Counted from the stretch's first letter, positions 48,237-59,628 are shown. The stretch: 64,000 nucleotides of DNA from a virus (IMGVR_UViG_3300029787_000018:1-64000); one strand, 5' to 3'. The notes: a model not told the origin generated them from the letters alone. Program-made: numbers and translations.

Positions 48237-50513
48237 TTAAGAAATATTTATATTGTCGTAATTAACGGTTTCTTTTTGAGATAAAAACTGTTTGTCGTCA
48301 ATATCTTTATACAACATTGATTTATAATCGCCTGTTTCAATAGCCGATTCCATTAAAGGTTGGCTTACATTTGAGAAATCGGTATTCTTAGCAAAGTCAA
48401 CAGCTTTTACAAGACTGTCTATATCACCGGTCTTTGATGCAGCCAAATTTAAAAACTTATTTCCTTCTTGACTTAAAGTAGGAACCGTTTCTTTTAAGTA
48501 ATCGACTTTGGTATTGTTCTGCTTGATAGGATTGATAACATTGTTCATGTACCATGACCTAGTACCTTTTTTGGTACCTTTACCATCGTCTTTCATATCT
48601 GGGTCATAGCCAAATGCTTTTTGGCGTATCTGTGACATTAGCATATGTGATGCGGTACCAGGTGCGTTTTGTGCCGCATCGGCAAGTGCATCTGACATAG
48701 CCCCAAAACCTGCAAATGCTAGGTCGGTACCGTCTTGACGTGTTTGTAAATCCATTGCTTGCTTGGTCTTGGTATTGTCTATATCCCTACGAGAATCGAA
48801 ATCGTTGATATAGCTCATTACCTCGCCGTACTTATCAAGTGCCGCTTGCTTTTCTTGAAAGTCAGCAATGGCAATATCGTTATTCGCTTTTAGTCTATTA
48901 TAATCCAATTGTCCTTGGTTACCCAATACAAGGTTTCTATTACCACCGGAAGCTTCTACGATATTGTTCATCATGGATGAATACGCACTTGCGGCATCGT
49001 CTTTAAGCTTTGCCTCTATTTCTGGTGGCAATCCCATTTGAGCTACTTTTTGAAGCTTGGCCGCATAATCAAGTACCCCTTGCGATATCTGCTCTGTACG
49101 CATAGGTACATCTGCATTGGCTCTTTCCATACCCGCAATACCTACCATAGCGTTTCCTATAGCTTCAAAAGGTATACTAGGCTCAAAGTCCTTTTTATCG
49201 TATACCATATCTTGCGGTTCTTCAAGATACTCCCTATCCAAGTAGCTCATTAATTGAGCTCGTTTTTCGGCATTAGCATCCTCAACGGAACTTACTTCTA
49301 TCGGAACAGCGTTACCGTCTTTAGCTACAGTTGTTGTAGTAGCAACTTCTGTTTTCTTAGGTTGTTCGTTCTTTAGGTTTTTTTCCTTTGGAACAACATC
49401 CGTATTAGCGATACTGAAATCGGCTATATTAGAATTGTCAACGCTAAAATCCAAGTCTATGAACTCGTCGTTCTTATTATCGAAAAGGTCTATTTTATTA
49501 AACGGTCCAAAACCTGTAGGTATAGAAATACCGTATTTTTTATCATCGATCAATTCTTTTAAGCTACCGAACTCTTTACCACTGAACTTCTGAGCGTTGT
49601 CCATGATGTACTTACTTACACCGTTACCGCTTTTGGTAAGTCCTAAAGAAGTTGTGTACTTACCGTTATTGGTCTTATGGAAAGCTTTGGCAAACTCTGG
49701 ATTGTTCTTGCTGATTTCATCAACAAGTTTTCTTCCCTTTTCGGTTTCAATACTTAAATGGTGGTATGGTCTACCACCAGAAGCTTTAGCCTTAATGTTT
49801 CCTTTGATTTCTTTATAGAACTCTTGGAACAAGGCTTTTTCGGTTTCAAAATTGTTTATCTTCTTTCCTAGTTCGGCATTGATAATGTCTGAATAACCTT
49901 TGTTGTAGAACTCTTGTTTGAGTTCCTTCATCCTAAGCTTTTTACCGCCATCGGTATACTCGTCGTTATTCTGAATTTTCTCCATCCTAGAAATGTATTC
50001 GTTTACATTTTTAGTCTGTTCTTCTTTAGGTATAAGCGTACTTTCCTGTACGGGCTGGGCTTCAAATTCAAGAAGTCCTTTTTTACCTTTTTCAAGGTAT
50101 CTTTCCACACCCATGTTATTACCTCCCGGTTCAAACTTACCACCTTGGATATATGTCAATGCAGCTTTAGGACTCATGTGATATAGCTGTCCTATTTCGT
50201 CCAAGTCTAAATTCCTTTTGTTCTTAGACGCATTGTTCTTTACGAAAGAGTACATTTTAGGCATATACTCCTTTTCAAAAAACTCATCTTGAAGTTCTGC
50301 GGATTTTTTAAAATCCTCTTCATTGATATCCCCGTAACCCGCTTTTTTGGCAAACTTCTTTATCGGTTCCCACCAATACTTAGGATGGAACTGATACTTA
50401 CCTATTGCTTTGGTATCCTTGTTCACCGCTGCAATATCACCACCGTTCGTTTCTGAATAGTATAATCTAGCCCTTACGGCTGCCGTTAATTGTTTTAGTC
50501 CTGGGTTATCCAT
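48237..50513 (-). CDS. Virion cargo protein with N-terminal lysozyme/transglycosylase-like domain
   Basis: SETNGGD.AAVN..T.AIGKYQF...W...QDE; start moved to ATG 50513. Confidence 0.65.
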   Translation of the reverse strand: MDNPGLKQLTAAVRARLYYSETNGGDIAAVNKDTKAIGKYQFHPKYWWEPIKKFAKKAGYGDINEEDFKKSAELQDEFFEKEYMPKMYSFVKNNASKNKRNLDLDEIGQLYHMSPKAALTYIQGGKFEPGGNNMGVERYLEKGKKGLLEFEAQPVQESTLIPKEEQTKNVNEYISRMEKIQNNDEYTDGGKKLRMKELKQEFYNKGYSDIINAELGKKINNFETEKALFQEFYKEIKGNIKAKASGGRPYHHLSIETEKGRKLVDEISKNNPEFAKAFHKTNNGKYTTSLGLTKSGNGVSKYIMDNAQKFSGKEFGSLKELIDDKKYGISIPTGFGPFNKIDLFDNKNDEFIDLDFSVDNSNIADFSIANTDVVPKEKNLKNEQPKKTEVATTTTVAKDGNAVPIEVSSVEDANAEKRAQLMSYLDREYLEEPQDMVYDKKDFEPSIPFEAIGNAMVGIAGMERANADVPMRTEQISQGVLDYAAKLQKVAQMGLPPEIEAKLKDDAASAYSSMMNNIVEASGGNRNLVLGNQGQLDYNRLKANNDIAIADFQEKQAALDKYGEVMSYINDFDSRRDIDNTKTKQAMDLQTRQDGTDLAFAGFGAMSDALADAAQNAPGTASHMLMSQIRQKAFGYDPDMKDDGKGTKKGTRSWYMNNVINPIKQNNTKVDYLKETVPTLSQEGNKFLNLAASKTGDIDSLVKAVDFAKNTDFSNVSQPLMESAIETGDYKSMLYKDIDDKQFLSQKETVNYDNINIS

Positions 50514-51066
50514 AATTCGGGTTGTAAGTTTTTTGTTGTTTGCCGTAAACATTGCTCTGTGCTTGTGATACTTGACGTCCTTGCATCAAATAATAGGAAC
50601 GTTTTCTTTCATCTTTTGTAGATGCCAACATATCCTCGTACTCCTTATTTTCTTTTTCAAGACGTATCTTTTTATCTTTATTGGAATCGATTATACCAGC
50701 GCCTAAACCTAATGCCCCTCCTATAGCCGCACCCCATGGACCACCTACTTTCATACCCAATGAAGCACCTTTTAAAGTAGAACCCATTGTTTGTGCCTTG
50801 CTTTCTGCAGTACTGCTGGATACGCTTTGAAAATTAGCATATTGCTCTGCGCCAAAATTCATGATATCCCCTGCAGACGCTAATGCGTTCGCTCCTATAT
50901 CCATTTTAGGTTTGGCACCAACGGAATTTGGCGTAGGAATATCAACACCATTTTCTAGTATAGGTGCGTTTATATCTATTTTTTCAAGCTTTACCGGGTT
51001 AACAGGCATTGTAGGCATGTATTGATTTACCGGTAAAGGTTCTCCTGTATATGGGTTTATTTTCAT
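50506..51066 (-). CDS. Ejection/pilot protein with glycine-zipper TM segment
   Basis: GASLGMKVGGPWGAAIGGALGLGAGII followed by a coiled coil. Confidence 0.65.
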   Translation of the reverse strand: MKINPYTGEPLPVNQYMPTMPVNPVKLEKIDINAPILENGVDIPTPNSVGAKPKMDIGANALASAGDIMNFGAEQYANFQSVSSSTAESKAQTMGSTLKGASLGMKVGGPWGAAIGGALGLGAGIIDSNKDKKIRLEKENKEYEDMLASTKDERKRSYYLMQGRQVSQAQSNVYGKQQKTYNPNYG

Positions 51067-54000
51067 TATTGATAGCTTAGACGTATGTAATTTACAACAC
51101 GATTTAGTTTTCTCAAAGTTCCTTCGTTATATGGGAACACAAATTCAAACAGCGCCCACTCCGACCTAACATCTTTTTTCTCGTCGGAATCGGCATCACT
51201 GTTGGCGTAGTTCAATGTAGGTATAGTATGCTTTCCTTCTCTTTTTTTATAGCGTTTATGCGTTGGTAAAAGTTGTCTTACATGACCTTCTTTTGTGGTT
51301 ATCGTAATACTTTCAAAATCAGTAAAGTCGTTCATTACCCAAGCCAAATGAGGGAATATAAATGTTTCGTCCGCATCTGGGGAGCAAATGAAACTTATTT
51401 TCATTTTAAGTTCTTTTTCAAGAACGTTCAAATATAATCCTTTGTTCAGTTCATGTAATGACTGTGAGTTAGGTCTTTCGATATCGTTTACGGTAACGAT
51501 TGTTTCTCTAGGTATATATATTTTTCCGTCAAAAGGCATATATATACTTGAATTCATTTCTCTCCAACCACTGAACAACCCTAAAGGTTCATTGTACATT
51601 ATCATAGAATTACCGGTATCGGTAACAATATTCAAACAGGTTTCTTTGAACTCTTCGTCAAAAAATCCGTTTACATCTATAATATTTTCGGTATTCAGTT
51701 TATTGTAAAAATCATGATGGTACTGATTCTTTAATGTAATCTCTTCAAAATTCTTTATGATTACTTTTTTAGTATCATCTATGAACATAAAACCAAAATC
51801 CGGATGCTTTGATAGAGAGCGTCTAATGGACGTTCCATAGCTTGATACTACTTCGTATCCTGAAATAGATTTGCCGCTACTCTGTGCAACATTTATAGTC
51901 TGTCCTTGCTCGGAAGGAATCATTATGTTACGGTCAACGTACAATAACGATGTTTGATGTTCCTGTACAGCGAATAGATCGTTTTTAATTTTGGCGGCAT
52001 TGAGAACAGCGCCTTTGTTCTTATCAAGTTCTTGGAACTCGTTGACCGGAAACGAAGACCAGGCATCATAATATTCTCCCGATAATTTTGTTTCGGATGC
52101 AGATACAATATTATCCATATTTGGATCGTCCTGATACCTATAAGGTTTTACTATATATTTTTTGTAATTGTTTTTATGAAGATAGGCTGAATTGATTACC
52201 TCGTTTTTAGTAATTGCAAAATCTATAGCCGTAGTTTCTCTATAAAACTCATACTCATAGTTAAGCTTAGGTTCTACCATTGTCTCTACGACAAATGCAT
52301 AGCACCAAGCACCGTTTAGTTTTTTTACATCTTCTAAATCACCTCTAGCACTAGCGTCTTTGGTTCTACCATTATTAAGGTTTCTGTCTATACGTTCCTG
52401 AGCTTCGTCTCCATGGCTGTTTTTAGTACGTGCCCATAATGTTACATAAGTGTCTCCCTCAATATTGAATACTTGTGCGCCATTAGTGTTTTTTTCTATA
52501 GGCTTTGTTTCCGATAAAGGAATAAAGGTATTGTTGCTGAACGCTTGACTGCTTCTACCGCCATATATAGAATCTTCGTTATCGCGTTCTATATTGATAA
52601 GGGCATAGCTATCGTACCAATTAAAACTACTTTCACCTCTACGTATCTGTGTAGGAAAGGTAGTAGGATTGGCACTACCTAAGAAAGAATCTGTAAATAA
52701 ATTATCCTCGGACTTTATGAACAAGGTCTTTTCGCCTATAGAAAGACTACCACCTCTAGGTAATGCTTCAAATCCATATTGGTCTCTTTCAAATCTGATT
52801 TTTCTAACTTCATTAGAATACCACCAAGGCATAGATGGTAAACAAAAAGCGTTATTGGATATTTCAAAATTAGTACCTAGGTCAGAACCGGGAACGACTT
52901 CACCTCGGCCAAGTGAAATTCCTTCTTTTATATCATGTTCTTGGTCCATCAGTGTATAATTTGAAAATACCGATACATTTACAAAATGCGTTTGCCAAGT
53001 ACTGTTGTTTGTAATTCTATCATCACCTACAAGCTTAGGTAAATCGGATATTATAGAAGGAGTGTTAAGCTCTTCCCTTAATATTTTTCTTGAAAATTTA
53101 GGAAAAGTCTCCAATGGAAATGCACCGAAGCTTTCACCAGAAGTCATTAATGCATTTTTAGAGTGATCGGTATTCAACCTACCTACTACGTGTAGTTTTG
53201 AATTGAGCACAAGACTATCGCTTACTTCTCCATATACAAGGTCTGGACAATCGAAATAAAATAATTTCCTATTGTTTATTACACGCTGTTCATATTCGTA
53301 GTTAGGATTATCATAATCTTCACCGTTATCATCATATTGATCAAAACCCTCTTTATCGAATAATGGTCCACCGTGGTATGGTAATATCCATTTTCTTTGT
53401 AGTTTTTCATCTAAGCCATAACCTGCAAAATTAACAGGGTCTTGCAATCTCATTAATGGTGCTGATATACCTTGGCATATTACACCTCTATTGTTTTCGT
53501 CTCGTTCTACGAACAATATTTGGTAAGAATCAAATTGCTTGCTGAAATTACAATCGAATCTTGTTTCGATATGCATTTCTACACGTACACCATAAAGACT
53601 GTTATTGACAACCTTTTGGTTAACGTATTGTTTAGAAGTGATTACAGCGTTACCAGAATCGTTTATGTAAGAATATGAAGTTCCAAGCTTAGGGATGTGT
53701 ACATCACCCATAGGAATAGCGAATATCGGTTCTCCATTCTGATATAACTGTATGGCCAATCTGTAGATTTCATTTTTCATGAAACCTTTTTTTAGAGTTG
53801 GTTCCGGCATATCAAGAACACTGCCATTGCCATTATACCTAGAAGTAGCTTTGTTCAAAAGCTTATCTTCTTCTAGCCTATAGCTTATACGAATACCGGT
53901 ACCTGAATTGAATCCTGCAGAAAGAGCGCCGTGAACCATTTGTTCACTGGAAAGGTTATCGGTAAAGAATACATTTTCGTCTTCTGTTTCATAAAGTACC

Positions 54001-55724
54001 TGTTCATTGGAAAACGACAAAATTATATTTGTCATATCCGTTTTAAGGTTATCGTTTACAGAATTCAACAGTATTACGTTGTCAATATATTTTATTATGA
54101 CATTAGGAAACTTATTTCCAAATTCTACATTTTGATCACTTTCGTTTTGCAATAATAACCCAATTTCTTCTGTTACGTTTTTATAGACATTGGCTTCATT
54201 TTCTATAACGTATTCATACTGTTCAGATGTTAGGGTGTTTACAAGTCTTACCGTAGTACTTCCAAAACTCCTTATTTCAGAGAATACTCTTTTCTTTGCA
54301 TAGAAAAGTTCTTCTTTGTAATTGGGTGGTATAAGGTTGTATGTTTTTGGTGACGGATTTAAAAAGCTTGAATGTGTATTACCGGCACTGTTCCATCCAT
54401 GTAAAGCGAACAAAGTCTTTAGACTATTATATTCGTTTGTAATAGGGTTGTTACGTAAACCAAAAGCAAAAAGCTTATTGTTCTTTGTTTCAAGGTCGCT
54501 GCAGTATTTCCAATTAAGTTCGTTCTGTAACGTATCGGCAAATGTAATTTCTGTAGATAAATCGGATTCATTGCCAAAATGGTCAAATTCTACAACACTT
54601 GAAACAGCTTTGATACCCAAAGACTTTACACCTGTAGGAATACCAGAAGCTTCAAATTCCAATGCTATACATTCTATTTCTGAAAATCCTGTAGGGTTTA
54701 CTATGTTGCAAGTAATTTTTACGGCTTTATTAGTAACCTCTTCCGGTTCTCCACCTTGTACCGCAACGCTGTTTTCTGGATAGATGTAATGTACTTTTGA
54801 ATAAGGGCTAAGGTTTGTTACCTGGCCATTGTCCGTAATAAGTCTATACAGATATTGAACAGCCATTGATTTAAGCTGACCATTGGTGTTTACTTCTTTG
54901 ATTCTAGGTTCTAATAACGTAGAGCTTTGAAAGTTCTCTAGTTCTTTAGGAGATCTTGTTTTTAAATCTGGGTCGTATACATTTATAGACTTAAAAGTGG
55001 TAGTAAAATCGGTATACTTTACTCTTCTGTAATTAGAGTTTTCATCCACGCCCAATGCAACAATCTTTGCATCAAGTGCCCAATTTTGATAACCTGCCCA
55101 AAGTACTTTATTTGTGAAGTTTCCGTTATCGTCTTTTGTAATTGACAATATGCAATCCGAATACAATTCATTGTTGGGCGGTATGGAACCCTCTTGAAGT
55201 TGACAAGCCGCAAAATCGTTTACGTTTACGTTTAATCTATAATAAGAGTCGTAATCTATTTCATCGTTCTCTGTTCCACTAGGGTCATAGTTATCTTCAA
55301 TGACCACTTCTGAATCAGGTGCTTTGGATGCTATCTGTTCCGTATAGGTAACAACGTTTGAGTTATCGGATATTTCATCCGTTAATGCAAAAGCCCCGCT
55401 ATTAAGTTCTACTTCAAAATCTGAAATATTGGGAACGGTTCTGTTTACACTTTCATAAATAACACCACCGATATTTATATCTATACCGGAAGCTTTTACA
55501 AACACAACAAGTTGATCATTGAAAGATGCGGCACCTAGATATTTTACTATCCTGGTATCGTTCATGATTTCTTCTGTTCCTTTTACGGAAACAAATGAAA
55601 GCATTCCATCTTTTGCGGATAAACGCCCGTTTTCACCAAATATAAAACTGTTCTTAGTTTTTAAATGGTTGTCAAGGTCGGATTTCATACCGCCATCAAA
55701 AGTATGTGTTTGTTTATTTGTCAT
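51066..55724 (-). CDS. Tail muzzle/stabilization protein (crAss-type)
   Basis: 1552 aa; N-terminal HTFDGGMKSDLD, SIYGG, GDTY, C-terminal KKREGK..RSEW; position before the cargo genes. Confidence 0.75.
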   Translation of the reverse strand: MTNKQTHTFDGGMKSDLDNHLKTKNSFIFGENGRLSAKDGMLSFVSVKGTEEIMNDTRIVKYLGAASFNDQLVVFVKASGIDINIGGVIYESVNRTVPNISDFEVELNSGAFALTDEISDNSNVVTYTEQIASKAPDSEVVIEDNYDPSGTENDEIDYDSYYRLNVNVNDFAACQLQEGSIPPNNELYSDCILSITKDDNGNFTNKVLWAGYQNWALDAKIVALGVDENSNYRRVKYTDFTTTFKSINVYDPDLKTRSPKELENFQSSTLLEPRIKEVNTNGQLKSMAVQYLYRLITDNGQVTNLSPYSKVHYIYPENSVAVQGGEPEEVTNKAVKITCNIVNPTGFSEIECIALEFEASGIPTGVKSLGIKAVSSVVEFDHFGNESDLSTEITFADTLQNELNWKYCSDLETKNNKLFAFGLRNNPITNEYNSLKTLFALHGWNSAGNTHSSFLNPSPKTYNLIPPNYKEELFYAKKRVFSEIRSFGSTTVRLVNTLTSEQYEYVIENEANVYKNVTEEIGLLLQNESDQNVEFGNKFPNVIIKYIDNVILLNSVNDNLKTDMTNIILSFSNEQVLYETEDENVFFTDNLSSEQMVHGALSAGFNSGTGIRISYRLEEDKLLNKATSRYNGNGSVLDMPEPTLKKGFMKNEIYRLAIQLYQNGEPIFAIPMGDVHIPKLGTSYSYINDSGNAVITSKQYVNQKVVNNSLYGVRVEMHIETRFDCNFSKQFDSYQILFVERDENNRGVICQGISAPLMRLQDPVNFAGYGLDEKLQRKWILPYHGGPLFDKEGFDQYDDNGEDYDNPNYEYEQRVINNRKLFYFDCPDLVYGEVSDSLVLNSKLHVVGRLNTDHSKNALMTSGESFGAFPLETFPKFSRKILREELNTPSIISDLPKLVGDDRITNNSTWQTHFVNVSVFSNYTLMDQEHDIKEGISLGRGEVVPGSDLGTNFEISNNAFCLPSMPWWYSNEVRKIRFERDQYGFEALPRGGSLSIGEKTLFIKSEDNLFTDSFLGSANPTTFPTQIRRGESSFNWYDSYALINIERDNEDSIYGGRSSQAFSNNTFIPLSETKPIEKNTNGAQVFNIEGDTYVTLWARTKNSHGDEAQERIDRNLNNGRTKDASARGDLEDVKKLNGAWCYAFVVETMVEPKLNYEYEFYRETTAIDFAITKNEVINSAYLHKNNYKKYIVKPYRYQDDPNMDNIVSASETKLSGEYYDAWSSFPVNEFQELDKNKGAVLNAAKIKNDLFAVQEHQTSLLYVDRNIMIPSEQGQTINVAQSSGKSISGYEVVSSYGTSIRRSLSKHPDFGFMFIDDTKKVIIKNFEEITLKNQYHHDFYNKLNTENIIDVNGFFDEEFKETCLNIVTDTGNSMIMYNEPLGLFSGWREMNSSIYMPFDGKIYIPRETIVTVNDIERPNSQSLHELNKGLYLNVLEKELKMKISFICSPDADETFIFPHLAWVMNDFTDFESITITTKEGHVRQLLPTHKRYKKREGKHTIPTLNYANSDADSDEKKDVRSEWALFEFVFPYNEGTLRKLNRVVNYIRLSYQ

Positions 55725-55730
55725 GAAATA

Positions 55731-56012
55731 TTAGTTTCCTTTGAAAAATCCAGCAGTTACAAAAGCATCGAATACTTCCAATATAGTTGAATTTTCAGTT
55801 AACGTTAAAGCTGTAAGTGTTGCTGAAGATAAATTTTTTGCACTTATAAAAAGCATATTAAGTTCTTTGTTACAAGGAAAAACTATTTTTTCAATACTAT
55901 CACTAGCTTTGTAATTTTCATTAAAGTTCACTGCTATTTTTCTAACGGAATTACCTTGTTCTACTGTAATTACCGTAGTGTTCGATTGAACTGCAATTGT
56001 TATTTCATCCAT
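55731..56012 (-). CDS. Small structural/hypothetical protein
   Basis: 93-aa ORF in the tail operon. Confidence 0.6.
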   Translation of the reverse strand: MDEITIAVQSNTTVITVEQGNSVRKIAVNFNENYKASDSIEKIVFPCNKELNMLFISAKNLSSATLTALTLTENSTILEVFDAFVTAGFFKGN

Positions 56013-56014
56013 AA

Positions 56015-56941
56015 TTAAAAGTTTATTGTTGATGTATATGTATTGGTTACAGAAACATTCGATGCTTCTCCGTCAACTTCATCTATGGTTAATTGAACCG
56101 TTGATGTAGCACTTGTACCAAAATTACTGTAATTGTGTTCTATTTCAATATCGGATGTTCCAAAAATATCCAAAGGAACATTTATCTGCTGACTTCCATT
56201 AGCTGAAATAATAGTTTCAAAAGTACCGTAAGTAATTCTTATTTCACTGGTTGCTCCGTTAGCAAACATATTCCCTGATACATTGACCGTTATCAAAGCT
56301 GTTTTACCGGATAATCCGTTTTCTATTAAAACATTGTCATAAACAGGGTTGTCGCCATCTACACCGCTTGAAGATATTTCGGCTAAAGAAGATATATTGA
56401 ATATTGTTTGATACACTGTAGCTTCATTAAATCCTATATGGTTTCCGCAATGATAGGATATCGTTCCATAAGGAAGTCCGGCACCGTTGTCCGTAGCAAA
56501 TACCAATAATGATAATTGATAGTTATAAATTATATCTCCTACAAAAACAGGGTCACCGTTCAAAGTCAATGTTCCATAACCTTCGATTGCCTCTATTCTT
56601 ATTCTATCCGTAGAATTATTTATAGCTATTCCCGAAAAATCATAATTCGCATTTTTAGAAGCTGTAACGATTAATTCTGCTGATTCTGGTGTATTTATAC
56701 CTACAAGTTCTTTTATGGCAACTGTGGAAGGATTTGACCACTGACTTTCGTTCTCGGAGACTTCTATTTGCATAGAATCCAAAAACTCGTTTTTAAACCC
56801 TGTTTGGTTGTCATAAGTAATTTCGTTTTGCTCGGCCAAAGGATATGATTGATTCAGCGTAATGGCTACACCGTTTTTTAAGCATGTTACACGCTCTGGC
56901 AATTTTGATATTCTAAAATGAGTTATAGCCATTATATACAA
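56015..56941 (-). CDS. Beta-rich (Ig-like) tail-associated protein
   Basis: 308 aa, T/N/S/I-rich; GTLTLNG..V..G..I pattern. Confidence 0.55.
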   Translation of the reverse strand: MYIMAITHFRISKLPERVTCLKNGVAITLNQSYPLAEQNEITYDNQTGFKNEFLDSMQIEVSENESQWSNPSTVAIKELVGINTPESAELIVTASKNANYDFSGIAINNSTDRIRIEAIEGYGTLTLNGDPVFVGDIIYNYQLSLLVFATDNGAGLPYGTISYHCGNHIGFNEATVYQTIFNISSLAEISSSGVDGDNPVYDNVLIENGLSGKTALITVNVSGNMFANGATSEIRITYGTFETIISANGSQQINVPLDIFGTSDIEIEHNYSNFGTSATSTVQLTIDEVDGEASNVSVTNTYTSTINF

Positions 56942-57363
56942 GGTGGATTGTCATAGAAATTACTATGTGCTTGGGTTCGTTTAAAACTTATTGTTCTGGT
57001 GTTGCTCTCACCTACGATACCAACGGTAAGCTGATATTCCGATTCAAGGTTCTGTACTTCGCTGTTGGCAAGCTTTACCGTGTAAGGTGTCGTACCTGCA
57101 GAAAAGTTTTTTGAACCTATGAACATAGAAACACCATTCGGTGCGGGATTGTTTCCTCCTGCATTTCCAGCTATCATTTCACCAAAAGCATCTCCGGTAT
57201 ATCCATCGGGTATAATAATAATTCCTTGGAAAACACTCTCGCATGCATTTGAGGTAACAGTAGGATTGGAAACTTTGAACTTTACTTCACCGTTTCCACC
57301 TGTACCGCCATCTGAAACAATAACAGTAGATTTTCTAAGAATATTTTTTAAAAAATTTTTCAT
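56932..57363 (-). CDS. Tail-associated hypothetical protein
   Basis: 143-aa beta-rich ORF. Confidence 0.55.
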   Translation of the reverse strand: MKNFLKNILRKSTVIVSDGGTGGNGEVKFKVSNPTVTSNACESVFQGIIIIPDGYTGDAFGEMIAGNAGGNNPAPNGVSMFIGSKNFSAGTTPYTVKLANSEVQNLESEYQLTVGIVGESNTRTISFKRTQAHSNFYDNPPCI

Positions 57364-59114
57364 TATAAATCTTTTAGGTCGCCTGACAATAAATATTCAT
57401 TAGTAAGACTTGCGTTGACTACAGAAGTAGAATTGGTAAATTCATTGTTACACATTAAATAAGCTGAGTAATATTGACCTAATAGCTTAGTTGATTTGTC
57501 TGCCGGTTTTCTAATGGTTACACCACTAGAAGAAGCGATTATAGTTATTTCATTTACATCGGACGCACTTTGTACAAGGCCACATTCAAAACCTATAGGC
57601 AATAATGGAACTATAAGGTTATTGTTACCATTGCTTTCTATGTGCAAAATAAGACCGTTATCCTCTTCTTTAATAGTATACGGCAATGTAACCGTTTTCT
57701 TTAAAGAAAGTACTTCCTCATATATTTTGGTCACCATACAATAGGCTTCTTTTTCATTGACACCTTCGTAGTAGTAATATTCATTAAAAGCAATAGTAGG
57801 AGTTGCTAAAGGAAAATTGGTTCCAGCATTACTCCACAATCTAAAAGCCCAATAATTAGAGTTAAGGTTTTGAAGAGCTATTTTTCTGGAAAGTATTTTT
57901 ATATAAGCCAATTTTTGCATTGACTTTGTAGTATTATCCTTGTACTTAAAAAAAGACAATCCAAGAACATCGTTAGGCTTATTGAAAATTCTTTTACCTA
58001 CGGATATATCTTTTTTGACAAGCAAATAGATTCTTGATTCATATTTACACATTACAAAATCTATTCCTGCAGGATAAGGAAACCCTGGAAAACTTGTAGA
58101 ATTATAATTTGTAGTAAGATCGGCAGTATAGAATCCTTTTTCCATAAAACCGTTAATAGATTTTGAAACGAACAAATTTTCATATATGTCCGAACTCTGA
58201 ACAGGCTTGAAGCTTTCTTTGCTCAATTGACCATCAGCATTCAGTATTCCTGAAAAATCTTCTGTAATAGTAGAATTATCGGTAAACAAAAATGTAACGA
58301 TTCCTGTTTCTTCATCTAATGTTATATCCGCAATAGTAGCTACATTACCTCCAAAAATATTATCTAAATCTGTATTGTAAATAAGTTGGTTACCTTTTGT
58401 AAATACTAAATTGGTACCTAATATTTCAACATTGTACGGAGAAGGTTTTACAACATGAACGAATACTTTTTGAATATTGTAATCGGTAAGTAAATCCCAA
58501 TCGCTTTTTTCTATAATATCGAGAATTCTATAATTTCCATAAGTATTCTCGGTAATAGTAAAATGACCTAAATAAGTATTGTTGGTTCCGTTGACCATTT
58601 TTATTTCAGCGCCTACGTTTTCATTTGCCAACATTTGAAAACCGGACTGTGAAACAAAATTATTAGATACCAATGCTACGTTTTGAACACCGGTTCCTAT
58701 ATTCAGCGTACCAAAGTACATTGCCTGTGTAGGATTGGTTTCTTCTTTTATTTCGATGTTTACGGATGGTTCTGTGTAGAATAAGGATTTTACTATGCCA
58801 GAGCTTTGAGAACTGTCAAGAACAAAATTGAATATCCTTTCACTATAGTCTTTTCCCTTTACTATTGTATTGGGCGGATATACAAAGCTTGGTGTTATTA
58901 AACCATTTGAACCAAAAGTTACTTCTTCCCATCTATATGTTTCGTTGGTTTCCACACAATAGGAAATCATTCCCTCGTAATAAGTAAAAGCTTTTGAATT
59001 GGCTTCTCCAAGGTCTTTCATTTCGTCCAAGGTTTCAAACAAGGACTTAGCATCTAAAGGAAACATCGATGCGACTCTTAGGGATTTTGAGATATCGGAA
59101 ACACTATCGCTCAT
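57363..59114 (-). CDS. Tail fibre/spike-associated protein
   Basis: N-terminal PLDAK...YYEGM..YCVE...TY.W; C-terminal phage-fibre-type domain ending EYLLSGDL. Confidence 0.65.
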   Translation of the reverse strand: MSDSVSDISKSLRVASMFPLDAKSLFETLDEMKDLGEANSKAFTYYEGMISYCVETNETYRWEEVTFGSNGLITPSFVYPPNTIVKGKDYSERIFNFVLDSSQSSGIVKSLFYTEPSVNIEIKEETNPTQAMYFGTLNIGTGVQNVALVSNNFVSQSGFQMLANENVGAEIKMVNGTNNTYLGHFTITENTYGNYRILDIIEKSDWDLLTDYNIQKVFVHVVKPSPYNVEILGTNLVFTKGNQLIYNTDLDNIFGGNVATIADITLDEETGIVTFLFTDNSTITEDFSGILNADGQLSKESFKPVQSSDIYENLFVSKSINGFMEKGFYTADLTTNYNSTSFPGFPYPAGIDFVMCKYESRIYLLVKKDISVGKRIFNKPNDVLGLSFFKYKDNTTKSMQKLAYIKILSRKIALQNLNSNYWAFRLWSNAGTNFPLATPTIAFNEYYYYEGVNEKEAYCMVTKIYEEVLSLKKTVTLPYTIKEEDNGLILHIESNGNNNLIVPLLPIGFECGLVQSASDVNEITIIASSSGVTIRKPADKSTKLLGQYYSAYLMCNNEFTNSTSVVNASLTNEYLLSGDLKDL

Positions 59115-59129
59115 GGTTTAATCTTTTTT

Positions 59130-59137
59130 CAAATATA
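59130..59137 (-). promoter_or_regulatory. Bacteroidota -7 promoter box TATATTTG
   Basis: 16 nt upstream of the 59114 start, intergenic. Confidence 0.5.
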
Positions 59138-59169
59138 AAGATTAAATGAAGATGAACAATCAGAGCGTT

Positions 59170-59628
59170 TTAGCTTCTTGTCACAAAAGCCTTTCCTATA
59201 AAGGCAATAGCACCGAAAAAGCCCAATGCACATACGGAGTAAAAACCATATTTTGAAAGTATCTTCACTTTCTCTAAATCTATTTCAGCTTCCTTAAAGG
59301 ACATTTCCATTTTGTACTTAGCCTGTAGTTCCGCTAACCGTTCTTCTTCCGTCTGTGGGCATAGTATAGTTTCTGAAGCTACCCTACCCTCGCTATCGTA
59401 TACGCGGGTTGCCGTTGCTCCATTGGTTCCTTTATAGATTATGGTGGTATCTCTATGTATGGGTTCCTTTGGAGCTGGCAGTATCACTATCTGATCACCT
59501 GGCCTTGTTATTCTTTCGTAAAAACTTTCGTTTACTTCGAATTCCTCTTCCAGATTTACCTTGGTTACGTCTTTTAAAGGGTTGCAACCAAAAAACAAAA
59601 AAACTAGAATAATAAATATTTTTTTCAT
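59170..59628 (-). CDS. Putative unimolecular spanin
   Basis: N-terminal lipobox (FFGC) and C-terminal TM helix; directly downstream of the endolysin. Confidence 0.65.
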   Translation of the reverse strand: MKKIFIILVFLFFGCNPLKDVTKVNLEEEFEVNESFYERITRPGDQIVILPAPKEPIHRDTTIIYKGTNGATATRVYDSEGRVASETILCPQTEEERLAELQAKYKMEMSFKEAEIDLEKVKILSKYGFYSVCALGFFGAIAFIGKAFVTRS

